A stretch of DNA of 64,000 nucleotides from NCBI GenBank assembly GCA_964234715.1, contig OZ174277.1; one strand, 5' to 3'. Of this stretch, positions 25,264 through 38,110 are shown one piece after another. Numbering within the stretch: position 1 is the first letter of the stretch; every line of letters starts with the position of its first letter. Source of the stretch: Podarcis melisellensis (lineage: Eukaryota). Below the pieces are notes generated by a model. The model searched no databases. It saw nothing but the letters and a program-made list of their open reading frames with translations, and had not been told where the DNA came from. The position numbers were made by a program, and so were the translations under genes.

Positions 25264-26869
25264 AAGTGCATGTGTGTGCGTGTAAAGACTCTTTTCCTTT
25301 CTTCATGTCCAGGGTGTCCCTGCCCTCTGCCTGCTTCTCAGAGCCTGTTTGTGTCACAGCCACTGCTGCCATCACTCAGAACAAGCACCAGCTCATTCTC
25401 CACCCTGAGCTCGGTGGGGAAAATAGGGACATTTTGGGATCAGAACAGAAGCTGGGGTGGCTTTCATACTTCCAGGACTTTCCCTGGAAAATAGGGGCAC
25501 TTGGAGGGTATGGGTTGCCATGCCATGCCAAGGAAAGTTGCCGTGTTATTGCCATGTTATTGGCAACCAACTATATGTACCTCCATGCAAATGGGTGCAA
25601 AAGAGGACGGGCGGGGGGATACAAATATTAGGTGCTCTCTATATACAGCACCTCCTGTACAGTTTTTCTGCTGTAAGACCCAGTTTACACCTTACTGCAA
25701 AAAAGAGAGCTCCAAATGAATATGAGTAGTTAATACTATGGGTACAGGATCTGTCTGCATTATTCTATGATTCTATGTCTTACAGGTATGCCACCATCTA
25801 CTTTATTTTCCTCATTCTCCCCCAAGTGGGATGAGAATTGAGCTGCAAATATAGTTTGGCAGAAAAAGAACTCTGCTCATCCCAATAGTAAACTGCACCA
25901 ATGGAATACATATTCCCTACACACACAAACCCCAAGCCCAAGTAAAAGGACTACAATTAGCTGTTGTGGTTTTCAAAAAAAAGCTAGTAAATTTTAAGAC
26001 TTACAATTGTCAGTTACTTAAAGAAAACACTGGATGTACCTTGAAGCTTTTTTTGGGCGGGGGAGGGGGAAATCCAGCATGGAGATTTTCTGAGGTTCCC
26101 ATCTCTATGGTTTGCTATATCAGCTTGCCAATTTGAAAGTTAACGTAATAGCGACTATACCTCCAAGCCTGATTTTCTGAAGAAATAACAGTTTAGTTGT
26201 TTGACCAATCTCACAGAAAGAACATATGCTTTTCTATTAATATTTTATTGCTTATAAAACATCAAAGCTGGCTGCCTTCCTACTTTGTCAGCAAGCAACA
26301 ATCTCCCCCTTTTAAGCTAATTCAAACCACAGGGAGCCAATTAAAAAAAGTGAAGCTTAACACAACTATTTCCTTCTAGTAATCTCTCTAAATTTGGGGT
26401 TTATCAGGCCTTATGGGGTCTTCTTTCCAGAGCAATTGGCATTTATTCATTTAACTACCATGTGTGTAGCTAAGGGAATGAAACAAGTTCAAACGTTACC
26501 ACTTGATTTCAAATTGAGAAAGACAGAATTTATTTAAAACACACTTGAGATTTCTTCTGAAAAGTTTTTCTTTTAATACAAGGAAATATGTTACAACATT
26601 CCTTCTTCCTTTGTCAAAAAGGGGCTAAATTAGTATTTTGGCAGTCACCAAAGGCTTTTTCCAGTAATATTAAATTTCGCCATGTTACAGGATATGGACA
26701 CTAAAAGGCTACTGAAGGCTAATGTTGCTGTTATTTTAAAAGAATCCTTAGTTGTTGTTTTTTAAGGCAATGATGTGCTTCAATGAGGTAATACGAAAAC
26801 ATTTCCCCATTTTTTTGTTTTCGTTTTTCAGTGAAAAAAAAGTTGGGAAGGGGGAAACAGAAGCATATA

Positions 26870-27110
26870 CAGTCGTACCTTGGAAGTTGAACAGAATACG
26901 TTCCAGAAGTCCATTCGACTTCCAAAACGTTTGAAAACCAAAGCATGGCTTCTGATTGGCTGCAGGAAGCTCCTGCAGCCAATCGGAAGCCCCGCCGGAT
27001 GTTTGGCTTCCAAAAATAGTTTGCAAACCAGAACAGTCACTTCAGGGTTTGCAATGTTCAGGAGCCAAAACGTTCGGGAACTAAGCTGTTGGCCTTCCAA
27101 GGTACAAATG
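26870..27110. mobile_element. Tc1/pogo MITE family C (inverted relative at 35985-36214)
   Basis: TA|CAGTCGTACCTTGGAAG...CTTCCAAGGTAC; internal palindrome tgattggctgcagga..tcctgcagccaatc. Confidence 0.8.
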
Positions 27111-28081
27111 TATTAAATTCTTAGTAAATCCGGTGAAGTTTCAACTTCTGTTTTTGATTTATCTGATGTTTTTAAAACAAAAAGCACTTTTATCTGTCCT
27201 GACCACGCAAAATGAACTCAGTAATCTCAGCAAAGGAATGCAAACACCAGCAATGCACAAGATGAATTGCAAGTCCTGTGTTAAAGCTATCTAAAGCTTC
27301 AACATTTACATGCAATTGCATACTGAAAAACTGCATGCAATTGCAAAATGCATAGAATTATTATTATTGTTATTTTGCATTATGTGAGGAATGTAGATCT
27401 GCCTCTTTGACGAGACACTTTCATCTCTGCTTTAGTTTTAATTTAGTAGTTTGTGCAGAGAAAGGAGATGCAATTGAATACACAGTAGCAAGGCGCTTTT
27501 TGGCCTGAGGGCAGAAGCTTCCATACCCCTGGGCTAAAGGTTAAAAGATTCTGATAAACCTTCCTAAAATAAGCCAATCACAATCAGAGAACAAAGTACT
27601 GTGTTGCATGAACACAAGTGTTTATTTGAGCAGCTAACACCCCTTTTTATATAATTCTTTTCCATTTTGTTTGCATTACATTTTCAACTCAGAAATAAAG
27701 CAGAATGGAAAATAAAGAAACCCTACAAACATGTGTATATATATAAAACTTGGCAAAGAGGAAAGTGGGACATCCAACAATTTAAAAATTGTTCTCTATG
27801 GTAGAATTGACTAGATGTCAAAATAAACTGTTTTTAAAAACACCTTCATGTGGTAGCAATTTTATCCAGCAAAAATCCTTACTTGAAGCAAAGAATTCCA
27901 AACAACAGAGCTGCATAACAAATTTCCAAATCACCCATGATGTGTAGCAGGTGAAAACACATGAGCTGTGTTATTTAGATTTGTTTAAGGGAACCTATAA
28001 AATGCTTAGCCTCCAATAATTTGTTCAATATCAGATCTAGTTGGTGATCTTTAGAATAACAATTGGCAGCTCACTGCAATA

Positions 28082-28295
28082 CAGTGGACACTCAGGTTGT
28101 CAATGTGATCCATGCGGGAGGCACATTCACAACCCACAGCACCACGTCTGTGCACATGTGGGTTGCGATTCGGTGTTTCTGCGCATGCCTGACCACCGAA
28201 ACCCGGAAGTAACCCGTTCCGGTACTTCCAGGTTTCAGCACATCCGTAACCTGAAGAAACGCAACCTGAAGAGTCTGTAACCCGAGGTTTGACTG
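28082..28295. mobile_element. Tc1/pogo MITE family B
   Basis: TA|CAGTGG...CGAGGTTTGACTG|TA; similar to 15216-15464. Confidence 0.8.
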
Positions 28296-28963
28296 TAATG
28301 AAACTCTCAGGGCTGCATCGCGCATTACAAGATTTGTTCCTAGAAGGCTGTTTAATGAAGAGAACAATGCTATTGTTGGTATTTCACAGACTGATGCTCA
28401 CAGCTTCCCTCCCCATGTCCACAACAAAAACAAACAAGCCACCAGCACATGTATTAATCAGATTATCACATCATTTACAGACTACTCAGACAATATTTTT
28501 TTCAGAGGTGCCTTCTGCCTAGGAATTCTGTAAACATGTGAGGAGAGTCAGAATCTACAACACGTGGAAGCTTTCATCAGTGACAGCTATTTTTAGCCAC
28601 CTATATACAAATCCAAATTGCTGCTAAGAAGGGTAAACAACATAGTAAATTCATGGCTATTTTTAGAAAAAGGTATTTAGCACTGCACTTTGACATATGT
28701 ATCATCTGACATATATTTAGTACCTTTCACTAGCAATAATCCATTCGCCAAACCCGTGTGCTGGCATTGATATCAGCATGTGACACCAGAGTAATTTAAG
28801 TATTCATGCCTCCTACCAAAAAACATTATCATCTATAAAAAACAGGCAAGCACCCAATACAACTGGTACATAAAACTCCAAATATATTAATGTACTCTAG
28901 ATTGCAGTAAGTATCTGTGAACAAGCCCCTTTAAAAACTCTTTCCTTATTTAATATTTATACT

Positions 28964-29106
28964 GGACAGCTCAGTTGGTTAGAACATGGTGCCAGTAACA
29001 CCAAGGTCGCAGGTTCGATTCCCATGTGGGACAGCTGCACATTCCTGCATTGCAAAGAACTAGATGGTCCTCAGGGTCAATTCCAGCACTACAATTCTTT
29101 GATTCT
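28964..29106 (+). mobile_element. SINE with tRNA-Ile-like head and CR1-derived tail (Squam3-like)
   Basis: AGCTCAGTTGGTTAGA..GGTCGCAGGTTCGATTCC (A and B boxes) followed by attcctgcattgca..ctagatg..caattctttgattct. Confidence 0.8.
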
Positions 29107-29655
29107 TACAATAAGTACAAAGGGATCTGCTTAGCAGGTGAGAGAGTGGATTTTCATACAGCTATTTAAAATAAAAAATCGTATTATGTTTGAGGCCAAA
29201 AATAAAGCAAATCAGGCAACTTCTCTCAATACTTAACCACCAAAAGCACTTCAGTCTAGCACAGGGAGGGATTTTAACTGAGCTCAAGATAAAGAAGGAA
29301 GGGTTAACTTTCATGGAAAACTCACGCAAATAGGCTTGTGTCTGAATACATCCCCAACTTCTGAGCACAATTAGCGGCTGTGGAATACTGCCTGTGCCAG
29401 ACTGCTGGAAAGGCGAAATGGATATCCAGGGGGAGGGAAGAGGGGAAGGAGTATCCTGGAAAAAGGCATGGATGACCGAAACTTTCTACAGGAGACCTCT
29501 CCACAATGCAACATTTTGTTATAGATCCCAAATGTGCTTATATATTACACACTATGATTTATGGTGTATGTTGTTTGGGATTTCTAATAAATATTTCAGA
29601 ACACTGAATATTTCAGTCCCACCATCCATCCAACAGAGATCATATAATACACACA

Positions 29656-29660
<5 letters not shown>

Positions 29661-29692
<32 letters not shown>
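29661..29692. repeat. (TG)n microsatellite; others at ~25236-25263, ~40375-40402 and ~42557-42583
   Basis: Direct reading. Confidence 0.9.
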
Positions 29693-29696
<4 letters not shown>

Positions 29697-30023
29697 AAAG
29701 TCACACACACCTTAAAACTCACAGGCCATTCAAATTTTACAGGCATAATTAAAAGGAGTATTAGATCACAGCTGACTGGAATGCTGAACTCCAGCTGGAC
29801 ACCAGCCAACCGGGACTCATGGTAACCATTGTGTTTTTAAAGATCCATTTTAAAAGAGTCATTAATATTCTCCTCAGGACTTCAAATGCATGGCAAGTAA
29901 TCCAACTTGGCAACAAACCTATGGAAGATGGTGTTACTTTCTACTTTCAGCCAACTCAATTTCTTGAGCAGATTTGAAGGGTTAAGGCCCAACACTTGCT
30001 TTCATGCATCAGGGCATAACCAG

Positions 30024-30258
30024 TTACAGATAGGTAGCCGTGTTGGTCTGCCATAGTCAAAACAAAAAAAATTCTTCCAGTAGCACCTTAAAGACCAACT
30101 AAGTTAGTTCTTGGTATGAGTTTTCGTGTGCATGCACACTAAGGTGTATCTTCAGATACAGTGTATCTGAAGAAGTGTGCATGCACACGAAAGCTCATAC
30201 CAAGAACTAACTTAGTTGGTCTTTAAGGTGCTACTGGAAGAATTTTTTTTGTTTTGAC
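30024..30258. mobile_element. Penelope-like element terminal fragments in inverted arrangement
   Basis: 85-bp inverted arms (30056-30140 / 30174-30258, one mismatch). 14-bp direct flank CAGGGCATAACCAG at 30010-30023 and 30259-30272. gtagcaccttaaagaccaac motif that I associate with reptile PLEs. Confidence 0.8.
30163..30200 (+). ncRNA. Minimal type-I hammerhead ribozyme motif, PLE-associated
   Basis: GTAT-CTGAAGA-AGTGTGCATGCACAC-GAA-AGCT-C-ATAC: core boxes CUGAnGA and GAAA, stem II hairpin, palindromic AGCU stem III, stem I GUAU/AUAC. Confidence 0.7.
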
Positions 30259-30541
30259 CAGGGCATAACCAGCAAGACTTCATGATGTAAACCCAGGTAA
30301 ATATTTGTTTTGTATTCTATTTATAAATACTTTAATTACAAATTGGTTTAATGTAGGGTGCACTAAACGCTATATAATTTTGATATTCCTTCAACTGTAG
30401 CACATTCAAAGACAGCTGAACCCCAAAATACCTGCCACAAGGTTTTCACATTCAACTTGTTTATCACAGTCTTTTTTACTTTCACAAATACTCTAAGCGG
30501 TGTTGGAAACTGACATATGAAAGCTAGGAGCTAAATGGCAC

Positions 30542-30975
30542 TGTAATGGTTCTAGGGATTGCTCGTCCGTAAGTTGCCGCCACTCCTGGCTAGGTTGCCT
30601 GGTTGAACCCTTTCTGTCTGGACAGCCTTTCACCCGTGGCTGTCTCAATCGCTGGCAGAATCCGTCAGTGGGCGTTTTGTGAACTTCTTCCAGCAAATAA
30701 GTTCTTTGACGCCAAGTCTCCTCCTACTCTCCCTGCGTGGAAGTCTTCTGCGCAGGGAGGGTGTGGGCAGCGGAGTACCCCTGCTCTCCCCGCTGGTCTC
30801 CGGTGAAGAGTCCTGGAGCCTCCTCTCCGATTCCCCCATCTGCCCCCCTTCACCACTGGTGTTACGCTGATTTCCTTCCCCAACAGATGGGCTGCCTCTC
30901 TCCCTACTGGGACCCTCTCCGGCATCCCTCTGGAGCCTTCCCTCCACCTCTGGCTCCGATGGCTGTTCCCTGACA
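30542..30975 (-). mobile_element. Solo LTR (434 bp), probably Gypsy-type; strand is that of its internal reading frame
   Basis: TG...CA ends; 5-bp TSD GGCAC (30537-30541 and 30976-30980); homologous to 56291-56725. Confidence 0.8.
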
Positions 30976-32349
30976 GGCACCTTAAGCATAGGTTATGGGC
31001 GCAACAATGGAATGTCTAGGCCCACTTTTTTATAACAAGGATACAAAGCAGAAAATGAATGAACTGCAGCTAAAATCTTATATTCATTTTTCACATGGTC
31101 TAGTCCTCATCTGAAGACTGCAAAAAAAGCCAAAGCCATGCTTCCCCTGCCCGCCCCACTAATATTCTTAAAAGAGGGTCTCTTCTCCAGTCTTCAGAGA
31201 GTGGCTGGAAGTGGGGAGGCAGAAAAAGGTCCTCCTTTTCTTCCACTCTGCAGTTTCAATCTGAAACCTTAGGTGCAGTACTGTGTCCAGAGCTCAGAAA
31301 TGGCTCTCGCTAATGAAATTCCTTGTCGCAAAACGCGCCTAGAACAATGGGAGTTTCGAACACTGGCTTTAAGATAGCAGCCCAAATGCCTCTTCTTAAG
31401 CAATGTATATGGATTAGCTTGAAAAATGACCTCTTTACAATTACCGTATAGTGGGAGTAATTTCTACAAGCAGACCAAAGGAGGGGTAACAGCACCAAAG
31501 CCAATACTTTTCAGATTGGAAAAAAATAACAACTTGCAATGCTTATGACTGCCTCATGAGTTGTTCTTCAGTGTAGTTTGTAAATTTATCCAGAGAAGGA
31601 ACCCTCTCTCCCTGCCCAGTTCCCTCCCAGCTGATCATTTACCTGCCCTAGAAGTAATAGCAACAATAGTAATAAATTTCTGGAGGCCTCTCTCCCTGAT
31701 ATCTGGACTCTGAAAATGTTATGACAGTGTTCCAAGAGTGAGAGGCCATTATGCACTCACTTCAACAAAACTAAGTTTTACATCAGCTCTAGAAGATGCT
31801 CGACCAGTGTTTCCCAAACTTGGGTCTCCAGCTGTTTCTGAAGCACAACTCCCATCATCCCTAGCCAGCAGGACCAGTGGTCATGGATGATGGGAACTGT
31901 AGTCCAAAGACAACTGGAGACCCAAGTTTGAACTCTGAGCTTCAACTCTGGACAACCTGGAGGGAAAGAGAGGCCCAAATTTAGAGAATAGTTGTTAAAT
32001 ATGTCTGTCTCTCTGCCGGCACCATTCATATTTAAAACTTGACAAATTCTGGCCCATGTTATTTAACATCTTCTGCATTGAACGGGAAGAATAATTCAAG
32101 GTGTTCATTGTCATCTATATGCAGGTGACATGTAGCACTTTTAAACTTTTCAACCTAATAGAAAGGAAGCTGTTGAGGTTCTGAACTGAAACCTGGAGAA
32201 ATTAATGAGCTGGATGAGCACTAAGAAACTGAAGATGAATCCACACAAGACACACATGCTCCTGATCAGGAGGGAGATGGCATTGGAACAAGAATTCTGC
32301 CTGGCTTGAATGAGAATGCACACACATAAACACATCTTGAAAACTCAGG

Positions 32350-32830
32350 TTTGCAGTTTGAAAGTGTTCCTAGACTCAGTTTTCTATCTGGATGACCTGG
32401 TGGCAAAAGTGGCCAGTTCCAAGAGAGTCAGACCTGGCTACAATTAAGAAGAAAGAGAGCCTGAGTTAAATCAAGATCAGATTAGTGCTATGTGCTCTAA
32501 ATGGGGCAACTTTAGAAAAACCTTTAGAAGACACACTTGATCCAGAATGCAGCAGCAAGCTCATCTATAGGACCATGTGACACCTGCAACCTCTGTGCCC
32601 ACTGCCATTTCTTCCAGACACAACTTTGGCAATTACCTTCAGATAGCTGAATGATTACCTATACCACCCTGTTTGTTCCCTAATATCTGGAGAGGTCCTT
32701 TTTGTGCCATGTAGCTGTTTTAATGGCTGCATCCATATTGTGGGACATTTTGCTCCATAAAGTTTGTATGTCCCCTCTCAGGCTATCTTTTGGCAGTAGG
32801 GAAAGACATTATTATTTAGATACGCGTTTA
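32350..32830 (+). mobile_element. Ancient L2 LINE fragment
   Basis: Degenerate similarity to the L2 at 54000-55015 (…ttag..ta..gtgctct..atgggg…ccagaatgcagcagc…). Confidence 0.5.
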
Positions 32831-35800
32831 CTCAAGTATCTGCTATAAATAATCATGGTTTATCAATGCCTTTTATTATATTTTATGATATTGTTGATTC
32901 TGAATTACAGTAAGCCACTCTAGTGGGATAGAATTTCTATGGGAGTATCACAAGAGGACTCTGGTGCACCAAGGAGATCAAAATGGAATATATAAGCCAT
33001 ACCTGAGCTACAATTTTTAACAGTGTGTTCTCCCCCTCCCAGAGTGACTTAGACTTTTTTTGTATTCAGGGGATGGTGTGGAGGGTTGTAGTAATATTAC
33101 TCATGACAAAGGATCCTGCTGAGCAGGGAAGATTAGCTACTCCGGTGGTCCAGAGTGTCCCATTACAACCCACTCAGGGGGGGAAATGGAAATATGTTAG
33201 ATGCTGTGTGACAACTTAATCTACTACTCCTTACAGTGTACAGACATCTGGCTCAGCCTGTATAGACATAATTCGACAGAAGCAATAGAGAAGACAGAAG
33301 TTATCACCAAACACACACATTTACTATCCTCTGCATTGTCACTTGAATTATTATTAGTTTAAAATGTGACCTCTTAAGTTTTTATCTACACAAGAATTTT
33401 ATTCTCCATTTGCAGCAATCTCTTTGTGTTATAAATTATCATGAACCAAGCCTTTTTATTTGGATACACACACAAAGGAAGATAAAAAAAGGAATACAGA
33501 GTCTGGATAAATTTGTCTCCTACAGCTGTCCAGGAAGAGATGCTAAAAATGATGGTTTATCCAGATGACCTACAAAATCTAGGGGAAGCAGTCTTCAAAA
33601 TAATGTGAAAAACTTATCTGGCTCACCAGGAGAATACAAATGCCTTGTTAGGTTACTACATCCCACAAACTAGCCAGCTGTGAAGGAAACAGCCTGGTGA
33701 CAAACCATACCAGGAAAGCAGGTCAGGATTTCCTGCTGTAATAGAGCCTGCTACTCAAAGAGAAGCTAAAAAGAGGGTCAAGCTGCAAAAAGGTTTTCTT
33801 GTAAAAGCTATGTCATAAATTGATAATAAGTAGCAGCCTAGAATTGGATTTCCATTCCACAGCATTTTCGATTTTGTGCCAACCTTAGACTACCCAAATT
33901 ACCTTGGTAATCAAATTTTCCATAACCTTTGCACTACAGGTGCAAACATACAGCTTTAGCTTCTGAGCGGCAAGTAATTCCTTCCTAAACCCAAGGTTTT
34001 TGTATGCAGCCCACAAGCTTCCGTTGAAATGCTGATAAACTCATGGACATTTTTAAAAAGGCTCTAGCCCTCACAGATTTGAATATATGAAGGTCAAGTT
34101 TCTAATATGAGGATTAATGCCAACCAGGATGCTTGTGACATGTTTAAACAGAAGTTATTTCAGATTGCTCCAATTCTCATTCATACGCAAAGTCACGAAC
34201 AATTTTAAAAAGGAAAATATCACTGAACAGAAACACTGGAACTACATTAGGAACAATCTGGGCTAACAATCTGCATAACAATCTACTCTTGCAGTTCTAA
34301 CACACTTCTCTGTTTCACTATGGACTAGCATAATAGTTGTTCACTAGAGAGTGGGTTTCAAGGCTGTGATTAAGAAACACACAAATAAATTGTTTAATGT
34401 ATTTGTATCTCTCAATAATGTTTCCATATATTCCTCATGTGCGCACACAAAACAAAACAAAACAAAACACCATTGCTTTGGTGAAAGAAAGTAGACCAGA
34501 ACATTATAGGTAATTTTTGTTGACCAAAAGGGCTTGGTGGGAGAGAAGATTAACAAACTATCTGCCAATTTTTAGTAAAGTAATCACAAGACTTTCTTTC
34601 ATTCACTTCTGTTTATTGTTTGTTTACATGTGTATGCAGTGGCAGCTGGTAGCATTTTGACATTTTGGTAGCATTTTGACATGGTAGAGCTGCAATGCTT
34701 AACCTTGCTTTGTTTAAACTTCAGGAAAGTGTGCCAATACACATGTGCTAAGTGCTACTGTCTTCTCCTCACTAAATAATAATAATAATAATTCACCCTA
34801 ATGTCCCAAAGCGAGTTACAACATTAAAAGACAATTGGAGCTACACTTCTATGCACAGCTAGGTGGGAAGAAGCTGGCTGAGGCTGATGGGACACTGAAA
34901 CGAACCAAGAATTTCATTAAATCCTACAACCTGTAGCAGAACACAAGATAAGCAAACCAACGCTGTGGAAAATACTGGCTGCTTTCAGGCTAATCCTTAG
35001 CAACTAGTGAATTTACAGTATTCAGCAGGCAAGGGAACTAATTGGATATTGATGAGTTTCTGTGCTGAAATATTAAATCCCAACACATGTCATTGAAGCA
35101 ACTTGCATTGCAAGAGAATGAAGCTTCACTGCTCATTTTTCTAGAGTACAAAAAATAGCTTTTAGAGACTCTTCCCTCATCATAACAGCATCCTCTTCTA
35201 TTTCTGAAGCACTGTCCGGAGTTCTAAGCTATAACTTAACATGACGGACAAAGTCCGCAGGGCCAATAAAAATCTGAAACACAATTAATTCCTTGTTTGA
35301 CTATCTTCAGAAAAGAAAAAGTGATAGCAGCACAGAACCCCAAACAGATGACTGACATTACCAGATAACAATTAGTTAGGTTAATGGGTAACACTTTGTC
35401 AGGCTCCTACAAATGTCAATACAGCACATCAATAGCTATAAAACACCCAAGGGAATGGTTAATATCACTCTAAGGCAAACTGCCTTATTGAGGAAAAAGA
35501 TGGACTGGCTGATCAAGTCATTACTACCAGTCATGGTTAGCAGTAGTAATGCTTCTGAACACTGGTTGTGGAAACCACAGAAGGAGAGAGTGTTCCTTTA
35601 CTCAGATCCTGCTTGTGGGTTTCCCATAGGCTTCTGGTTGGCCACTGTGAGAACAGGAGGCAGGACTAGTTGGGCCATTAGCCTGACCCAGCAGGTCCTT
35701 CTTACGTTCTAATTATCTTACCATCCCCCCTAATTAGAAAGCAAAACAACAAACTCCAGATTAACATGGAAAATGCAGAGCTTAGGCCTTACTTTGCTTT

Positions 35801-35984
35801 GGCTATTTATTGTGTTCAGTTTTACAAAACATGGATCTGAAGTGAATGTTGAAGCATCAAGTGACTTTATTACTGTTCAGGCTGCAATCCTGTAGCCACT
35901 ATAGAAGTCAATAGGACTTACTTCCAAGTCAATACATACAAGATTACGCAGTCAGTTTAATTTTGCTGTGCAAGTGGACTTACA

Positions 35985-36214
35985 CAGTTGTACCTTGGTT
36001 GACGAACACCTTGCGCCTTGAACATTTTGGCTCCCGAATGCCACAAACCCAGAAGTGAGTGTTCCGGTTTGCGAACATTCTTTGGAACCAGAACATCCGA
36101 CACAGCTTACGCAGCTTCCTTCAGCCAATCGGAAGCCACACCTTGGTTTCTGAACGTTTTAGAAGTTGAATGGACTTCCGTAATGGATTCCATTTGACTT
36201 CCGAGGTACCACTG
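35985..36214. mobile_element. Tc1/pogo MITE family C
   Basis: CAGTTGTACCTTGG...CCGAGGTACCACTG|TA; inverted similarity to 26870-27110. Confidence 0.75.
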
Positions 36215-37225
36215 TACTTACCAAACATTGGCTATTACACATAAAAACCAAATACCACACCCACCCACACCCACACACCAAATACCACACCCACCCACCC
36301 ACCCACACACACACACACCATAAAGTAACACACACCATACAGGAACCTAACATGTCCCTAGCCACACAAACATTGTTTGAATCATCTCTCTCACTTTCCC
36401 TCACCACAAACTAACTTTTCAGAAATGAAACATTTTTACATAATCATGCTTAAAATAAGCAGGGAAGGAGAGAAACACTACATTTGAGAAGATAGTTTCA
36501 CCAAAAAAGGATTGCTATTATATTTCCTACAATATGTATTCTGAGAAAATGAAAGAACAAGTTTTCTTAAGAGAAAAACAATACCGACCTTCATTCCTGG
36601 ATAAGGTTTCTTTACCCTCTGGTGTTTTATCTGGCATCTCAGCCGAGACCAATTCAGTGAAACCTGAGGGACATAAAGAAAGAAAACTGTTCTCATACCA
36701 AAGCCAGCAGGGGAAAACTTTTCTATAAGTTCAGGATACTGTTACAAGCTAATTCACACACATCCTATAAAACACTTCATCAAAAGGGCAAACAAAGCTA
36801 ACAATTTAATATATGTGAGCACAAAGAATTTGCTGACCCTATCATGTGTCGTTGAGCTTGAGTAAAGTACCAGCAGTTTGCGGAAACATTTCCTTTAAAG
36901 CAGGAATAGGGAACCTGAGGCCTCCAGACATTGTCTGACTACAACTCCCATCATCCCTGACCAGTCCCAGCACCAGCTGTTGGCCACATTGGGCACCCAC
37001 CCAGGGCCTGACCACTTGCCCTGCTGGCTGGGAATGGTGGGAGTCCCAAGAACAACAGGAGCTCCACAGATTAGTCATCCTTGTTTAAGGAATACACAGG
37101 CCCATATAATTGAAAAAGGGGCTTTGGGGGGGTCAGTTAACTTAAAAATTCAACAGAGAAGTCCTACTAGTGAACACTAGCCAGTGAATCAAAGATGAAT
37201 GAAAATATCTGGCAACCCCTTAGGG

Positions 37226-37361
37226 CAGGCATAGGCAAACTCCAGCCCTCCAGATGTTTGGGACTACAATTCCCATCATCCCTGACCACTGGTCCTGTTG
37301 GCTAGGGATGATGGGAATTGTAGTCCCAAACATCAGGAGGACTGGAGTTTGCCTATGCCTA
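37226..37361. mobile_element. Palindromic hAT MITE, well-preserved copy
   Basis: ~55-bp inverted arms CAGGCATAGGCAAACTCCAG.. / ..CTGGAGTTTGCCTATGCCT; TSD ccttaggg / ctttaggg. Confidence 0.85.
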
Positions 37362-37699
37362 CTTTAGGGCCTTCAAGTCAAAACAGTAAAAGCATTTTTG
37401 AAAAATAAAGCACACACCTCTCCATTCTCTGTCCAGCTAAGTAAGTCCCACCAAGTTCAATAGGAATTGTTCTTGTTTGCACAGCATCAACCTCAAGACA
37501 TCCAGAGGAATGCCAAGCAGAATAATTTAATCCCAGCCATTACCCCACTATTTGCTTCACTGTGAAAATATATTATAACCTCGCTTTATCAGATATCAGG
37601 GTGATGTACAAAATAAGGCCAAAAATAGTAATGAGACCATAGATAACAACCATAAAGCAGAAGCAAATGTCAGTGCATATCCCTCAGGATCAATTTAAC

Positions 37700-38110
37700 A
37701 TAATTCTCTCTGGCCACACCACTTAACATTTTGGCAACCACGTTCTGCATTAGCTGAAGCTTCTGGATCTATATCAGGATCTGCTGCCCCTGTGGATCCT
37801 GCTGCCTGAGGTGGTCACCTCACCTTGTCTCATGTGTGGGCCAGCCCTGTTTCTGAGTCATCTTCAAGGGCGGCCCCACTTACAATGCATTGCAACAACC
37901 CAATTCAGAACACGGACTGCCATGGCCAGTCTATCCCTGTCTGGGAACCACCTGAAGCTGGTAAAAGGCACTCTGAGCCACCAAGGCCACCTGGTCCTCA
38001 AGTAGCATAGCTGAAGCAAGTCCAAGTTATGCACCTCCTCTCTCAGAGACAGTGAAACCTGAGACAAGAGAACCACCTGCTCACTGAGTCTCAAACTTAA
38101 TGGGATTCAA
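37700..38110 (-). mobile_element. Degenerate L2 LINE fragment
   Basis: Reverse-complement similarity to 54590-54665 (tgcaatgca.tgta.gtggg…cagaa.cttcagct..tgcagaa). Confidence 0.55.

Noticed and set aside
28964-29040. Functional tRNA genes here and at 43433
   Set aside because: Stems are mutated and both are fused to CR1-derived tails, so they are SINE heads.
29394-29825. 143-aa ORF
   Set aside because: Runs through a (TG)n microsatellite; no recognisable domain or splice context.
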